Positions 18,090 to 28,324 of a DNA stretch of 64,000 nt are shown here, in pieces (position 1 is the stretch's first letter; every line of letters begins with the position of its first letter). A program made the position numbers and the translations under genes. The notes below the pieces were generated by a model, which was not told the origin of the DNA, made no database searches, and saw only the letters and a list, made by a program, of their open reading frames with translations. This DNA is from an uncultured Chloroflexia bacterium (GTDB lineage Bacteria; Chloroflexota; Limnocylindria; QHBO01), in contig CAWBOA010000004.1 of assembly GCA_963790255.1 (NCBI GenBank), forward strand, positions 5,339-69,338, written 5' to 3'.

Positions 18090-19272
18090 CGAAGCCGAGC
18101 CTCATGGTCGTCGTGCAGCGCTACGGCGACATCGGCGGCGGCGGCGCCGAGGCGCACGCGCGTTCGCTCGTCCAGCGCCTCGCGCCGCACTTCGACGTCG
18201 AGGTCGCGACCACGACGGCGCGCGACTACTGGACCTGGGCGAACGAGTTCACCGCCGGGCAGACGGTCGTCGACGGCGTCCCGGTGCACCGCTTCGCGGT
18301 CGAGCGCGGGCGCGCGCAGCGACTTCCGCCTGCACGAGCGGCGCGCGTTCTCGAAAACGCACACGCTCGCCGACGAGCGCGCGTTCGTCGAGGCGCAGGG
18401 GCCGGTCGCGCCCGACCTGCTCGAGCACGTGCATCGGCGCGGCCGCGAGGTCGACCACGTCCTCTTCTTCACCTACATCTATTACCCGACCGCGCTCGGG
18501 CTACCGCTCGCGCCGGAGCGCGCGGTGCTCGTCCCGACCGCGCACGACGAGCCCGCGATCCGGCTCGCGATCTACAAGCCCGTCTTCTGCGCGCCGCGCG
18601 CGATCGCGTTCAACACCGCGGAGGAGCGCGCGATGGTGCACAAGCTCTTCCGGAACGAGCGCGTGCCGAACGAGATCGCCGGCGTCGGCGTCGACGTGCC
18701 CGCCGACCGCTCCGCGGACCGCTTCCGCCAGCGCTACGCGATCGAGGGCCCGTACTTCCTGTACGTCGGGCCGCATCGTCGAGAGCAAGCAGTGCGGCCA
18801 GCTCTTCGACGCGTTCGCGCGCTGGCAGGACACGCAGGGCACGCGCGCGACGCTCGTCCTCATGGGTCACCGCGAGATGCCCGTGCCCGATCGCAAAGAC
18901 ATCCGGCTCCTGGGCCGCACCTCCGACGAGGACAAGTTCGACGCGCTCGCGGGCTGCGTCGCGCTCGTGCAGCCGAGCCTGCTCGAGTCGCTGTCGATCA
19001 TCGCGCTCGAGGCCTGGGCCTGCGGCCGCCCGGTGATCTGCGACGCGCGCTCGCCGGTGGTGTGGGGGATGACGTACCGCGCCGGCGCCGGGCTCGCGTA
19101 CCGGAGCGCCGCCGAGCTCGCGGAGATCTGCGAGATGCTCATCGCGCGCCCGACGCTCGCGTCACGTCTCGGCGCGGCGGGTCAGTCGTTCGTCGAGCGC
19201 ACGTACACCTGGCCGCGCGTCGTGGAGACGTACCTCGATCTCTTCGCCGAGGTGCGCGCCAGGAACGCTTAG
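18086..19272 (+). CDS. GT4-family glycosyltransferase (paralog pair B, copy 2; two frameshifts)
   Basis: MTKPSLMVVVQRYGDIGGGGAEAHARSLVQRLAPHFDVEVATTTARDYWTWANEF... mirrors copy 1. It continues in ORF 18429..20084 (HVLFFTYIYYPTALG...) and ORF 18862..19272 (...VALVQPSLLESLSIIALEAWACGRPVI...). Confidence 0.8.
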
Positions 19273-19319
19273 CGCTTAGCGCGTTTGGGCGCGCACTTCT
19301 GCAGTCACACTACGGAGGA

Positions 19320-20084
19320 ATGGCGACCTACTTCGTGCTCGGTCTTGACGTCGGCTACTCGAAGAAGCGAAAGAGCTCTGGCTTGCTGCTCGCCGAAGTC
19401 CGCGAGCGCCGGTTGGTGCCCGTGAAGGGGCCTTTCAACCTAATGGAAGTGCGCGCTCGGTCCATGGCGCGCGAAGTCTGCGAGGCAACAAAGGTCAGCG
19501 CCATCGCGATCGACGCACCGTTGGCGACGGCCTACCAAAAGCGATACCGGCCAGCCGAATCCGTCTTCAGCAAGGGAGGATTCCAGAAGCACTGCAAGCC
19601 GGGACAGACCAGCAGTCCTGAGGGTCAGAACTTGCACAGAGCCGGGATGGCTTTGGTCGACGCGTTGAGTGGCGTTGCGTCCTACTCTACGTTTTCAAAG
19701 CTCCAACAAGAGTCCTCAGTGGCTCGCGTTGTCGAGGTGTTTCCTACGGCCGCACTTGGCGTTCTCGTTTCCGCGTCCGACCTGCTTGGCGTGACGCTCC
19801 GCGGGAACAGGAGCGACGCGTTCTTTGACGTGCTGTGGACTCAGTACGACGGCCAGATTGGCTGCATAAAACTGGATGAGTCCCTTCAAGTCAGGAACCA
19901 CGATCGGCGAATGGCGATCGTCGCTGCAGCACTCGCTGCGTGCTTGGTCGAAGGAGAGTTTTCCGCCGTAGGCGAAGAAGCCAGCGGGTACTTCTTGATG
20001 CCGCACGTTAGCAGTTGGAAGACTGAATGGCAGGAGCAACTCGCTGTGAATCTGGATCAGGTCACGGCCGCGACGTTGCGCTGA
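19320..20084 (+). CDS. DUF429-like predicted RNase H-fold nuclease (orphan, lower GC)
   Basis: ATG 19320 after GGAGGA: MATYFVLGLDVGYSKKRKSSG...VSAIAIDAPLATAY...RPAESVFSK...VVEVFPTAALGVL...RNHDRRMAIVAAALAACL. The order of acidic motifs (GLDVG / IDAPL / EVFP / HD..A) fits the DUF429 RNase H-like pattern. Confidence 0.6.
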   Translation: MATYFVLGLDVGYSKKRKSSGLLLAEVRERRLVPVKGPFNLMEVRARSMAREVCEATKVSAIAIDAPLATAYQKRYRPAESVFSKGGFQKHCKPGQTSSPEGQNLHRAGMALVDALSGVASYSTFSKLQQESSVARVVEVFPTAALGVLVSASDLLGVTLRGNRSDAFFDVLWTQYDGQIGCIKLDESLQVRNHDRRMAIVAAALAACLVEGEFSAVGEEASGYFLMPHVSSWKTEWQEQLAVNLDQVTAATLR

Positions 20085-20087
20085 GCG

Positions 20088-20602
20088 CTATTTGGTCATC
20101 TGGTAGTCGAGTCGCGGTCGACCGCTGAGCCGCCGTGACGTGTTGTGCTGCTCGGGGTAACCCGTCTTCACGAAGAAGATCTCGAAGAAGCCTTCCTGCG
20201 CGAACACGGACCGAGGTCGAGCAGGTACCAGCCGTCCTTGTCGGTGCGTGCCCAGCAGACCGCTCCGGGCTTCCCCGGGGTGATGCAGACCTGGTCGAGA
20301 GGCGCGCCGGTCGCGGCGTCCGTTACTCGCCCGATGACCGCGAAGGAGCTCGCGTTCGCCAAGAGCTGACGCTCCTTCTCTTCCTCGAGTCGCTCGACGT
20401 ACGCCGTCGTCGCGGCTTCGCACGCGGTGCCGTCGGTCAGCTCCTTCTGCCAGGTCGCGCGGTTCTCCTGGTCGAACGGCGTCAGTCCGGTCACGCGCGT
20501 GGGCTCGGGGCATCCCAGCGTCGGGCTCGGTGTCGGCTGACTTTGCGAGCAGCCGGCCACGCCGAGGGCAAGGACGGCGGCGAGCACAAGCGTTCGGTTC
20601 AT
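20088..20602 (-). CDS. Lipoprotein with carboxypeptidase-regulatory-like (CarboxypepD_reg) domain (one frameshift ~20210)
   Basis: MNRTLVLAAVLALGVAGC is a signal peptide plus lipobox. GRVTDAATGAPLDQVCITP...ARTDKDGWYLLDLG then continues in the frame of ORF 20088..22532 (SVFAQEGFFEIFFVKTGYPEQH...). Confidence 0.65.
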
Positions 20603-20621
20603 CTCCCCATATGCTGAGGCC

Positions 20622-23515
20622 GTGAGGGACAAACGGGGGAACGGCGAGCGCGACTGGGGAAATATCGACTGGTCCAACCTCGATCTCTCGTCGATCGGCA
20701 TGCGCCGCGGTAACGCGCCCCGTCCGCCGTCCCGCCGCAGCATCGTCATCACCGTCCTCGCGGCCTTGCTGCTGCTTGTGCCCCTGCTGCTCATCCCGCT
20801 CAACGAGTTCCTCACCGATCTCCTCTGGTTCCGCAGCCTCGGTCTCGAGGACGTCTACCTGCGCCGCTACACGGCCGGCTTCTGGGCGTTCGTCGCGTTC
20901 TTCCTGATCTTCTTCGCCCTCGCCATCCCCAACCTCTACCTCGCGCTGCGTCCGCAGGTCCCGCGCGTCGTCGTCGACACCGAGCGGCCGCGGCCGTCCG
21001 CGCTCGCGCAGACGCTGCGTCTCCTCTGGGTCATCACGATCCCGGCCTTCTTCTTCGGCCTCGCCGGCGGCGACCAGTGGGACCAGCTCCTGCGTTTCGT
21101 CAACGCCGTCCCGTTCGGCGTGACCGATCCGCTCTTCGGCCGTGACATCGGCTTCTACTTCTTCACGCTGCCGGTTCTCGACTTCCTGCGTGGCTGGTCG
21201 ATCGCCGCGGTCCTCGTCATCGCCGCGGGCGTGGTCTTCCTGTACGCGGTCCGCGGCGTCATCAGCGTCGCGACGAGCCAGATCGCACGCGGCAACCTGG
21301 ACGTTGCCGGTCGCACCGCGCTCGCGCTCGCGCGCCCCGCGCGCGCGCACCTCTCGGTGCTCGGCGGGATCTTCCTGCTCCTCGTCGCAGGCGGTTACAT
21401 CCTCGATCAGTTCGACCTGCTCTTCCGCACCGAGCGCGTCCTCACCGGCGCGGGCTTCGCGAGCGTGAACGCGCGCATCCCCGCGCTCACGATCCTCGCG
21501 GTCATCGTCGGGATCGCCGCGGTGGCGTGCTTCGCGAATGCCTTCGCGCGGACGGTGTGGGTGCTGGGCGGAGCGCTCGTGGTGTGGTTCGCCGCGACCG
21601 TGCTCGTCGGCGGCGTGTATCCCGCGCTCGTGCAGAACTTCATCGTCACGCCCGACGAGCTGAACAAGGAGCGCCCGTACCTCGAGCGCAGCATCGCTGG
21701 CACGCGGTCCGCGTACGCGCTCGACAAGGTCGAGGAGTCGCTGTTCAACGTTTCCGAGACACCCAGTCAGGCCGAAGCGAGGGCGGAGTTCTCCGACACG
21801 CTCTCGGTGCGGCTCTGGGACTACAACCGGCTTCTCTCGGCGTTCGATCAGCTGCAGGCGCTCCGCCAGTACTACGACTTCGTCGACGTCGACGTCGACC
21901 GCTACCGCATCGGCAACCGCGAGCTGCCGGTGATGCTGTCCGCGCGAGAGCTCAACACCGCGTCGCTGCCGCAGAGCTGGGTGAACCGCCATCTGCAGTT
22001 CACGCACGGCTTCGGTGCCGTCATCACCCCGGTCGGCGGCGTGACGCCGGAGGGCCAGCCGCAGCTCATGGTCAAGGACATCCCGCCGCAGGGCGAGCCG
22101 AAGATCGACCAGCCGCGCATCTACTACGGCGAGCTCACGAACGACTACGTGATCGTCGACACCGGCATGGAGGAGTTCGACTTCCCGCAGGAGGTCGCGG
22201 ACGCGCGCACGCGCTATTCCGGCGGTGGGGGCGTTGGCGTCAGCTCGCTCTGGGACCGCCTCCTCTTCACTGTCCGCTTCGGCGAGACGAACCTGCTCGT
22301 GAGCGACCAGATCCGCTCGCAGAGCCGCCTCCTGTTCCACCGCAACATCACCGAGCGTCAGCAGCTCATCGCGCCGTTCCTCGAGTACGACCACGACCCG
22401 TATCTCGTCGTCGCCGATGGCCAGCTCTGGTGGATCAACGACGCGTACACCGTCGGGGACCGTTACCCGTACAGCGAGCGCTTCGAAACGCTCGTGCGCG
22501 GCGGTACGCAGGTGGCGGATGGCGAACCTCAACTACATCCGGAACAGCGTCAAGGTCGTCACGAACGCGTACGACGGATCCGTCGCCTACTACGTGATCG
22601 ACGAGACCGATCCCGTCGTGCGCACGCTCCGTGCGATCTACCCGAGCCTGTTCAAGTCGCTCGCCGACATGCCGCAGACCCTCAAGGACCACCTGCGCTA
22701 TCCCGAGGATCTCTTCTCGATCCAGGCGCAGGTGTTCGCGATCTACCACATGACCGACATCGACAACTTCTACAACCGCGCCGACGCGTGGCGGATCGCG
22801 AACAAGGTGCTGGAGCAGGGTCAGGCCAAGGCGCCGATCGAGCCGTACTACGTCACGACGAAGCTGCCGGGTTCGGATCGCAAGGAGTTCATCCTCTTCG
22901 TTCCGATGACGCCGGCCGGCGGTGCGCGCGACAACATGGTCGCGTGGATCGCGGGCCGCGCCGACGCGCCCGATTACGGCAAGCTGCGCGTGCTCCGCTT
23001 CCCGCAGGACCGGCAGATCTTCGGCCCGCTGCAGATCGAAGGGATCATCGACAGCGACGCGACGATCAAGCAGCAGCTCACGCTGCTCTGTCCGCAGGGC
23101 GGCGGATCGACGTGCTTCCGCGGCAATCTGCTCGTGCCTCCCGGTCGGAAATTCGTTCCTCTACGTCGAAGGGCTCTTCGTCCAGGCGACGCAGGGCCGC
23201 ATCCCGCAGCTGCAGCGCGTGATCCTCGCGACGCAGGGCCGCGTCGTGATGGCCCCGACGTTCGAGGGCGCGCTCGACCAGCTCTTCGGTCCGGGCACCA
23301 CGCCGCCGCCCACGCAGCCGCCTCCCGGTACGACGCCGCCCCCCGGCACCACCCCGCCACCATCGGCGGCGGTCGCCGAGCTCGTGAAGGCGGCGACCGA
23401 CCACTACAACCAGGCGCAGGAGGCTCTCCGGCGGAGCGACTTCGCCGAGTACGGCCGGCTGATCAAGCTCCTCGAGGAGGATCTCGCGAAGCTCCGTGCC
23501 GCCACGGGTCAATAA
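20622..23515 (+). CDS. UPF0182-family large membrane protein (two frameshifts; alternative start ATG 20700)
   Basis: N-terminal multi-TM region with LLWFRSLGLEDVYLRRYTAGFW, DPLFGRDIGFYFFTLP and NKERPYLERSI. NLNYIRNSVKVVTNAYDGSVAYYV lies in ORF 22417, and LPVGNSFLYVEGLFVQA...Pro/Thr linker...AAVAELVKAATDHYNQAQEALRRSDFAEYGRLI in ORF 22922. About 960 aa in total. Confidence 0.85.
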
Positions 23516-24649
23516 CAGCAAGCCCGCTCTCCTCGCCGCCCTCGTTCTCGGTCTCTTCTGGTGCGTCGAGGGGATCGACGTCAACGCGCCGCAGGTCGAC
23601 CGCGTCCTTCTCCTGCTGACCGGCCTGGGTCTTGGGTGGGCAGCGCTCCGCGACATCCCGGTCGCCGCGGCCGGCTCCGCGGCCTACGCCGTGCTCGTCG
23701 CCGGCGTCGGAGCGGCTGCACCGCGAGCCGCTTCCCGACGGCAGCGACGTCCTGCGCGCGACCGCGGAATCGCTCGACGTCGTGTTCGCGGGCGGCAATC
23801 CGTACACGCACGTGCTGCAGAGCACGAACCCGGTCGGTTCGCCGTTCGTGTATCCGCCAGGCGAGCTGGCCTGGTATGCGGTGCCGTATGCGCTTTTCGG
23901 GGACATCACGCGTGTCGACACCTGGGCGGGCATCGCGATCGTCGCGGCTATCGCCGCCGCGGGCTTCCGCGTCGGCATGGCCGAACGTGGCGCTCCCGGC
24001 GATGCTCTACGCGTCCTGGGGCGCCGCCGGCTTCCGCGCGCTCGACGGCCAGAACGACGTCTCCGGGTCGCTGCTCGTCGTGCTCGCGCTGGTCGCGCTG
24101 GTGTTCGCGGAGCGGGAAGGCCGCTGGTCGCAGCGGCGCACTGGTCGTTTCGGCGGTGCTCTTCGGCTGGGCCATCGCCTTCAAGCAGTTCGCCGTCCTG
24201 GTCCTGCCGCCGGTCGTGCGTTACATCGCGGTCCGCGGCGCCGGCTGGCGCCGCTATGCGCTCGTTGTTGTGGGCGTCGTTGCGGCGTTCGTCGCCCCGT
24301 TCTTCGTCCGGGATCCCGGCGCGTTCCTGGACAAGCCAGATCGCCGCGCTCACGTTCCACGACGAGATCTGGGGCGCCAACATCTTGAACACACTTTCGC
24401 AACACGGCGACCCGACGATGCTGGTACCGATGTTCATGGCTCTTTCGCTCGCCGGCACGCTCGGGCTGGTCCTCCTCAGCCTGCGCTGGCGCATCCCGAC
24501 GCCTCGGCGCCGCGGCGCTTGCCGGCGCCGGGCTCGTGATGCTGCCGCTGCTGCTCGCGCGCTGGACCACACAGCCCTATTACGTCTACGTCGGAGCGAT
24601 CGCGGCCTGCGGCATCGCGCTTCTCGTCACACGGATGCGTGCCGAATGA
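23496..24649 (+). pseudogene. DUF2029/GT87-like integral-membrane (GT-C) glycosyltransferase, >=4 frameshifts
   Basis: Pieces in three frames: LLAALVLGLFWCVEG...; VVFAGGNPYTHVLQSTNPVGSPFVYPPGELAWYAVPYALFG; WPNVALPAMLYASWGAAGFRALDGQND; VSAVLFGWAIAFKQFAVLVLPPVV...; IAALTFHDEIWGANILNTL...; ...WTTQPYYVYVGAIAACGIALLVTRMRAE*. The NPY...YPP motif and ten or more TM helices fit polyprenol-P-sugar-dependent GT-C enzymes. Confidence 0.5.
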
Positions 24650-25710
24650 ACCCCGTACGCGTCGCGGTCATCGGCGCGGGCTACTGGGGCCCGAACCTCG
24701 TGCGCAACCTGAACGAGGCGCCCGGCGCCGTCCCCGTGGCCGTCGCGGATCTCTCGGAGACGCGGCTCGACACGATCCACAAGCGCTTCCCCGCGGTGCG
24801 CACGACCCGCGATCACCGCGAGCTGTTCGCCGATCCGACCATCGACGCGGTCTGCATCGCGACGCCCGTCGGCACGCACCGTCGTCTCGCTGAGGAGGCG
24901 TTCGCGGCCGGCAAGCACGTCTTCGTCGAGAAGCCGATCGCGGGCACGATCGAAGACGCGGAGTCGATGATCCGCGCCGGCGAGCGCGCGGGGAAGATCC
25001 TGATGGTCGGCCACACCTTCGTGTACAACCCCGCCGTCGTGAACGTGCGCGAGCGCATCGTCCGTGGTGATCTCGGGAAGATCTACTACGTCGACAGCCA
25101 GCGCGTGAACCTTGGTCTGCATCAGTTCGACATCAACGTGCTCTGGGATCTTGGGCCGCACGACGTGTCGATCACGCTGTACTGGCTCGACGAGGAACCT
25201 GAGTGGGTGCAGTCGGTGGGCGCGTGCTACACGCAGCCGTTCATCGAGGACGTCGTATTCCTCACCATGGGTTTTCCATCGGGCGCGGTCGCGCACGCGC
25301 ACCTCTCGTGGCTCGCGCCCAGCAAGCTGCGCTCGATGGTGGTGATCGGCTCGCAGCGGATGGCCGTCTACGACGACGTGCAGTCGGTCGAGAAGCTCAA
25401 GATCTACGATCACGGTGTGACCGAGCTCTGCAGCGAGGAGCTGCGGCGCAGCTACCGCTCCGGCGACATCCGCAGCCCGCACATCGTCGGGACCGAGGCG
25501 CTGCAGTTCGAGATGCGCCACTTCATCGAGTGCATCAACACCGGAGCGCGGCCGCGCAGCGACGGCGAGGCGGGCCTGCGCGTCGTGCGCGTGCTCGACG
25601 CCGGCATGCGTTCGCTGCGCGCCGGCGGCGCGCGCGTCGCGTACCGCCAGGACGTCGAGGCGACCGGAGGCGGAGTCGGAATCAGAGCGGGAAGCGGAGT
25701 CCGCATCGGC
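24646..25710 (+). CDS. Gfo/Idh/MocA-family NAD-dependent sugar oxidoreductase (WbpB-like); in frame with the following acetyltransferase domain
   Basis: MNPVRVAVIGAGYWGPNLVRNL (Rossmann), VFVEKPIAGT (EKP motif) and the C-terminal alpha/beta domain. ATGA overlap with the upstream gene. No stop codon before the LbH domain. Confidence 0.8.
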
Positions 25711-26394
25711 GTGACCTCGCTCGGCGCGATCGTGCACCCGACAGCGGTCATCGCGCCCAACGTCCAGCTGGGATCGGGCACGGTCGTCGGCGAGTACGTC
25801 ATTCTCGGTCGGGCGCCACGCGGCAAGAAAGAGGGCGAGCTTCCCCTGGTGATCGGCCCGGACTCGGTGATCCGCCCATTCACGACGATCTACGCCGGAA
25901 CGACGATCGGCGCGCGTCTGCAGACGGGCCAGGGGGCATCGATCCGCGAGGACAACGTGCTCGGGGACGACGTCTCGGTCGGCACGCACGCGTCGCTCGA
26001 GTTCGGCAACCGCATCGGCTCGCGCGTGCGCATCCACACCGGATGCTTCCTCGAGCTCGTCACGATCGAGGACGAGGTGTTCGTCGGACCGCACGTCGTC
26101 TTCACCGATGATCCGCATCCCCAGTGCCCGGCGTACCTTCAGTGTGTGAAGGGTGCGACCGTTCGCCGCCGCGCGCGCCTCGGCGCGAACAGCACGATCC
26201 TGCCCGGCGTGGAGATCGGCGAGGACGTGCTCATCGGCGCCGGCAGCGTCGTCCGCACGCGGAGGATCGCGCCGCGCACGGTGTGGGCGGGCAATCCCGC
26301 GGTCCAGGTGAAGGACGACATCACCGATCTCGCGTGTTTCGTGGGGATATACCCGCACGCATATGCCTGGCTGGCGGACAATGTGCGCAAATGA
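25711..26394 (+). CDS. Left-handed beta-helix (hexapeptide) sugar N-acetyltransferase (WbpD/WlbB-like); candidate GTG start, or C-terminal domain of a fusion
   Basis: Hexapeptide repeats: IHPTAVIAPNVQLGSGTVVGEYVILG...IGARLQTGQGASIREDNVLGDDVSVGTHASLE...VGPHVVFTDDPHP...ATVRRRARLGANSTILPGVEIGEDVLIGAGSVV. Confidence 0.75.
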   Translation: MTSLGAIVHPTAVIAPNVQLGSGTVVGEYVILGRAPRGKKEGELPLVIGPDSVIRPFTTIYAGTTIGARLQTGQGASIREDNVLGDDVSVGTHASLEFGNRIGSRVRIHTGCFLELVTIEDEVFVGPHVVFTDDPHPQCPAYLQCVKGATVRRRARLGANSTILPGVEIGEDVLIGAGSVVRTRRIAPRTVWAGNPAVQVKDDITDLACFVGIYPHAYAWLADNVRK

Positions 26395-26887
26395 CGGCAG
26401 CCACGAAGGACGAGGCGATGACGCTGCTGGAAAGCGCGTGGCGCGACCTGGACGCTCGGTTCGCTGCTCTCAGCGATGCGGACCTCGAGCGCGAGGTGTT
26501 CACCGGCGAGGGCTCGGGCTGGCGCCTGCGTGACCTGATGCCGCACTTCGCGTTCTGGTGGCGCCTTGCGGCCCGCGGCGCCCGCCGCGCGACGGAGATC
26601 GGCGCGGCGCCGGACAAGAACACGACCCTGCGCGCGTTCGTCGGGGTCGACGCGCACTGGGACACGCTTGAACGCCGAGAACTTCGCGCGTTGGCGCGAG
26701 CGCCCAGCTGCCGCGCAGCTCGCGGAGCTTCGTTCAGCGCGCGATGACCTGCGCGCCGCGATCGCAGAGCTGCCCGCGCCGTTGCTTCTCGACAGAAAGC
26801 GCCGACACCGACGGCATCAGGGGCTACATCTGGCAACCCGCGCTCAACCATCTCCGCCAGCACGCGGAACACATCACGCCGCACTAG
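26391..26887 (+). CDS. DinB-family protein (two frameshifts)
   Basis: ATGA overlap at 26391. MTAATKDEAMTLLESAWRDLDARFAALSDADLEREVFTGEGSGWRLRDLMPHFAFWW..., then NAENFARWRERPAAAQLAELRSARDDLRAAIAEL, then GYIWQPALNHLRQHAEHITPH*. DinB_2-like His pattern. Confidence 0.55.
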
Positions 26888-26906
26888 GCAAAGAGGGAGC
26901 TGTCAC

Positions 26907-28038
26907 ATGACCGTTGTCACTCAAGACATCCCACTCGTCGATCTGAAGAGCCAGTACGCGACGATCCGCGACGAGGTCCGTCAGGCGATCGACGAGGTCC
27001 TCGAGAGCATGCAGCTCACGATCGGACCGAACGTCCGCGCCTTCGACAAGGAGTGGGCGGAGTACTGCGGCACGGCGCACTCGATCGGCGTCGGCTCGGG
27101 CACCGACGCGCTGCAGCTCGCGATCCGCGCCTGCGGCGTGTCCTCGGGCGACGAGGTCATCACGGTCTCGCACACCTTCTTCGCGACGGTCGAGGCGATC
27201 GTCTACGCGAACGCGCGTCCGATCCTCGTCGACGTCGAGGAGCGGTCGATGCTCATGGACATCAGCTCGGTCGCGTCGCGCATCACGCCGCGGACGAAGG
27301 CGATCATCCCGGTGCACCTGTACGGGCGGACCGTCGACCTGAAGCCGCTGCGCCAGCTCGCGCAGGACCGCGGGATCACGATCATCGAGGACGCCGCGCA
27401 GGCGCACGGCGCGCTGCTCGACGACGGCAAGAAGGCCGGCACCGGTGGCCGCGTGAACTGCTTCTCCTTCTACTGCAGCAAGAACCTCGGCGCGTACGGC
27501 GAGGCCGGCAGCATCACGACGAACGACGAGAAGCTCGCCGAGGACCTTCGTGCGCTGCGCGAGCACGGGCAGTCGACGCGCTACTACCACCCGATCGTCG
27601 GCTACAACGCGCGCCTCGACGAGATCCAGGCCGCGATCCTGCGCATCAAGCTGCGCCACCTCGACGAATGGAACGCGCGCCGGCAGGCGATCGCCGCGCA
27701 GCTACAACGAGCTGCTCGCCGGCAGCGACATCATCACGCCGGAGATCCCGCGCGGCGGGCGCCACGTCTTCTACTGCTACGCGATCCGCGTGCCGGGCGG
27801 TCGGCGCGATGCGCTTCGCGCGTTCCTCACCGAGCGCGGCATCGGGACGCAGATCCATTACCCCGTGCCGATCCACATGCAGGAGGCCGCGCAGTTCCTC
27901 GGGTATCGCAAGGGCGATCTGCCGGTGACGGAGAAGGTGGCCGGCGAGGTCCTGTCGCTCCCGATGTTCGCCGAGCTGACGGACTCTCAGATCGACCGCG
28001 TCGCCGCAAGCGTGATGGAGTTCATGCGAAAGGCGTGA
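26907..28038 (+). CDS. DegT/DnrJ/EryC1/StrS-family PLP sugar aminotransferase (WbpE-like; one frameshift ~27700)
   Basis: RBS AGAGGGAG before ATG 26907. IPLVDLKSQYATIRDEV, GSGTDALQLA, IIEDAAQAHGA, FSFYCSKNLGAYGEAG (PLP lysine). The C-terminus lies in ORF 27550..28038 (...HVFYCYAIRV...IHYPVPIHMQEA...). Confidence 0.85.
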
Positions 28039-28049
28039 GCTCAGAGAAC

Positions 28050-28089
28050 CAGCCGCGACGGACGCTCTCGCGAGCGCCCGCCGCGGCGG
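28050..28089. terminator. GC-rich imperfect hairpin between convergent aminotransferase and flp genes (candidate bidirectional terminator, no U-tract)
   Basis: cagccgcgacggacgctc-tcgc-gagcgcccgccgcggcgg: about 15 paired positions around a tcgc loop, between the stop at 28038 (+) and the stop at 28094 (-). Confidence 0.35.
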
Positions 28090-28093
28090 CTGA

Positions 28094-28249
28094 CTACGTG
28101 AGGTTGTTGCCGATGTTGCTGAAGATGTTCTCGATCTGACCGCGAAGGAACACCATGGCGACGATGACCGCGATCGCGATCACCGCGATGATGAGTGCGT
28201 ATTCGACGAGCCCCTGGCCCTCTTCGTCACGGAAAAACTGCTGGATCAC
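28094..28249 (-). CDS. flp: Flp/Fap-family type IVb pilin precursor (51 aa)
   Basis: RBS GAAGGAGG 7 nt before GTG 28249. VIQQFFRDEEGQGLVEYALIIAVIAIAVIVAMVFLRGQIENIFSNIGNNLT* carries the Flp processing motif G/xxxxEY followed by a hydrophobic helix. Confidence 0.8.
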   Translation of the reverse strand: MIQQFFRDEEGQGLVEYALIIAVIAIAVIVAMVFLRGQIENIFSNIGNNLT

Positions 28250-28324
28250 GTTTAGGTCCTCCTTCCTCTTCGTTGCCTGTAACTGGTTAAGGCGTCGCGC
28301 AATTCTGCCCCACCTGGAAGGCAA

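Noticed and set aside
20603-20621. A 19-nt divergent promoter region between the lipoprotein and UPF0182 starts
   Set aside because: It is too short to hold two promoters. More likely UPF0182 starts at ATG 20700 (MRRGNAPRPPSRRSIVITVLAALLL), which gives a ~100-nt intergenic region.
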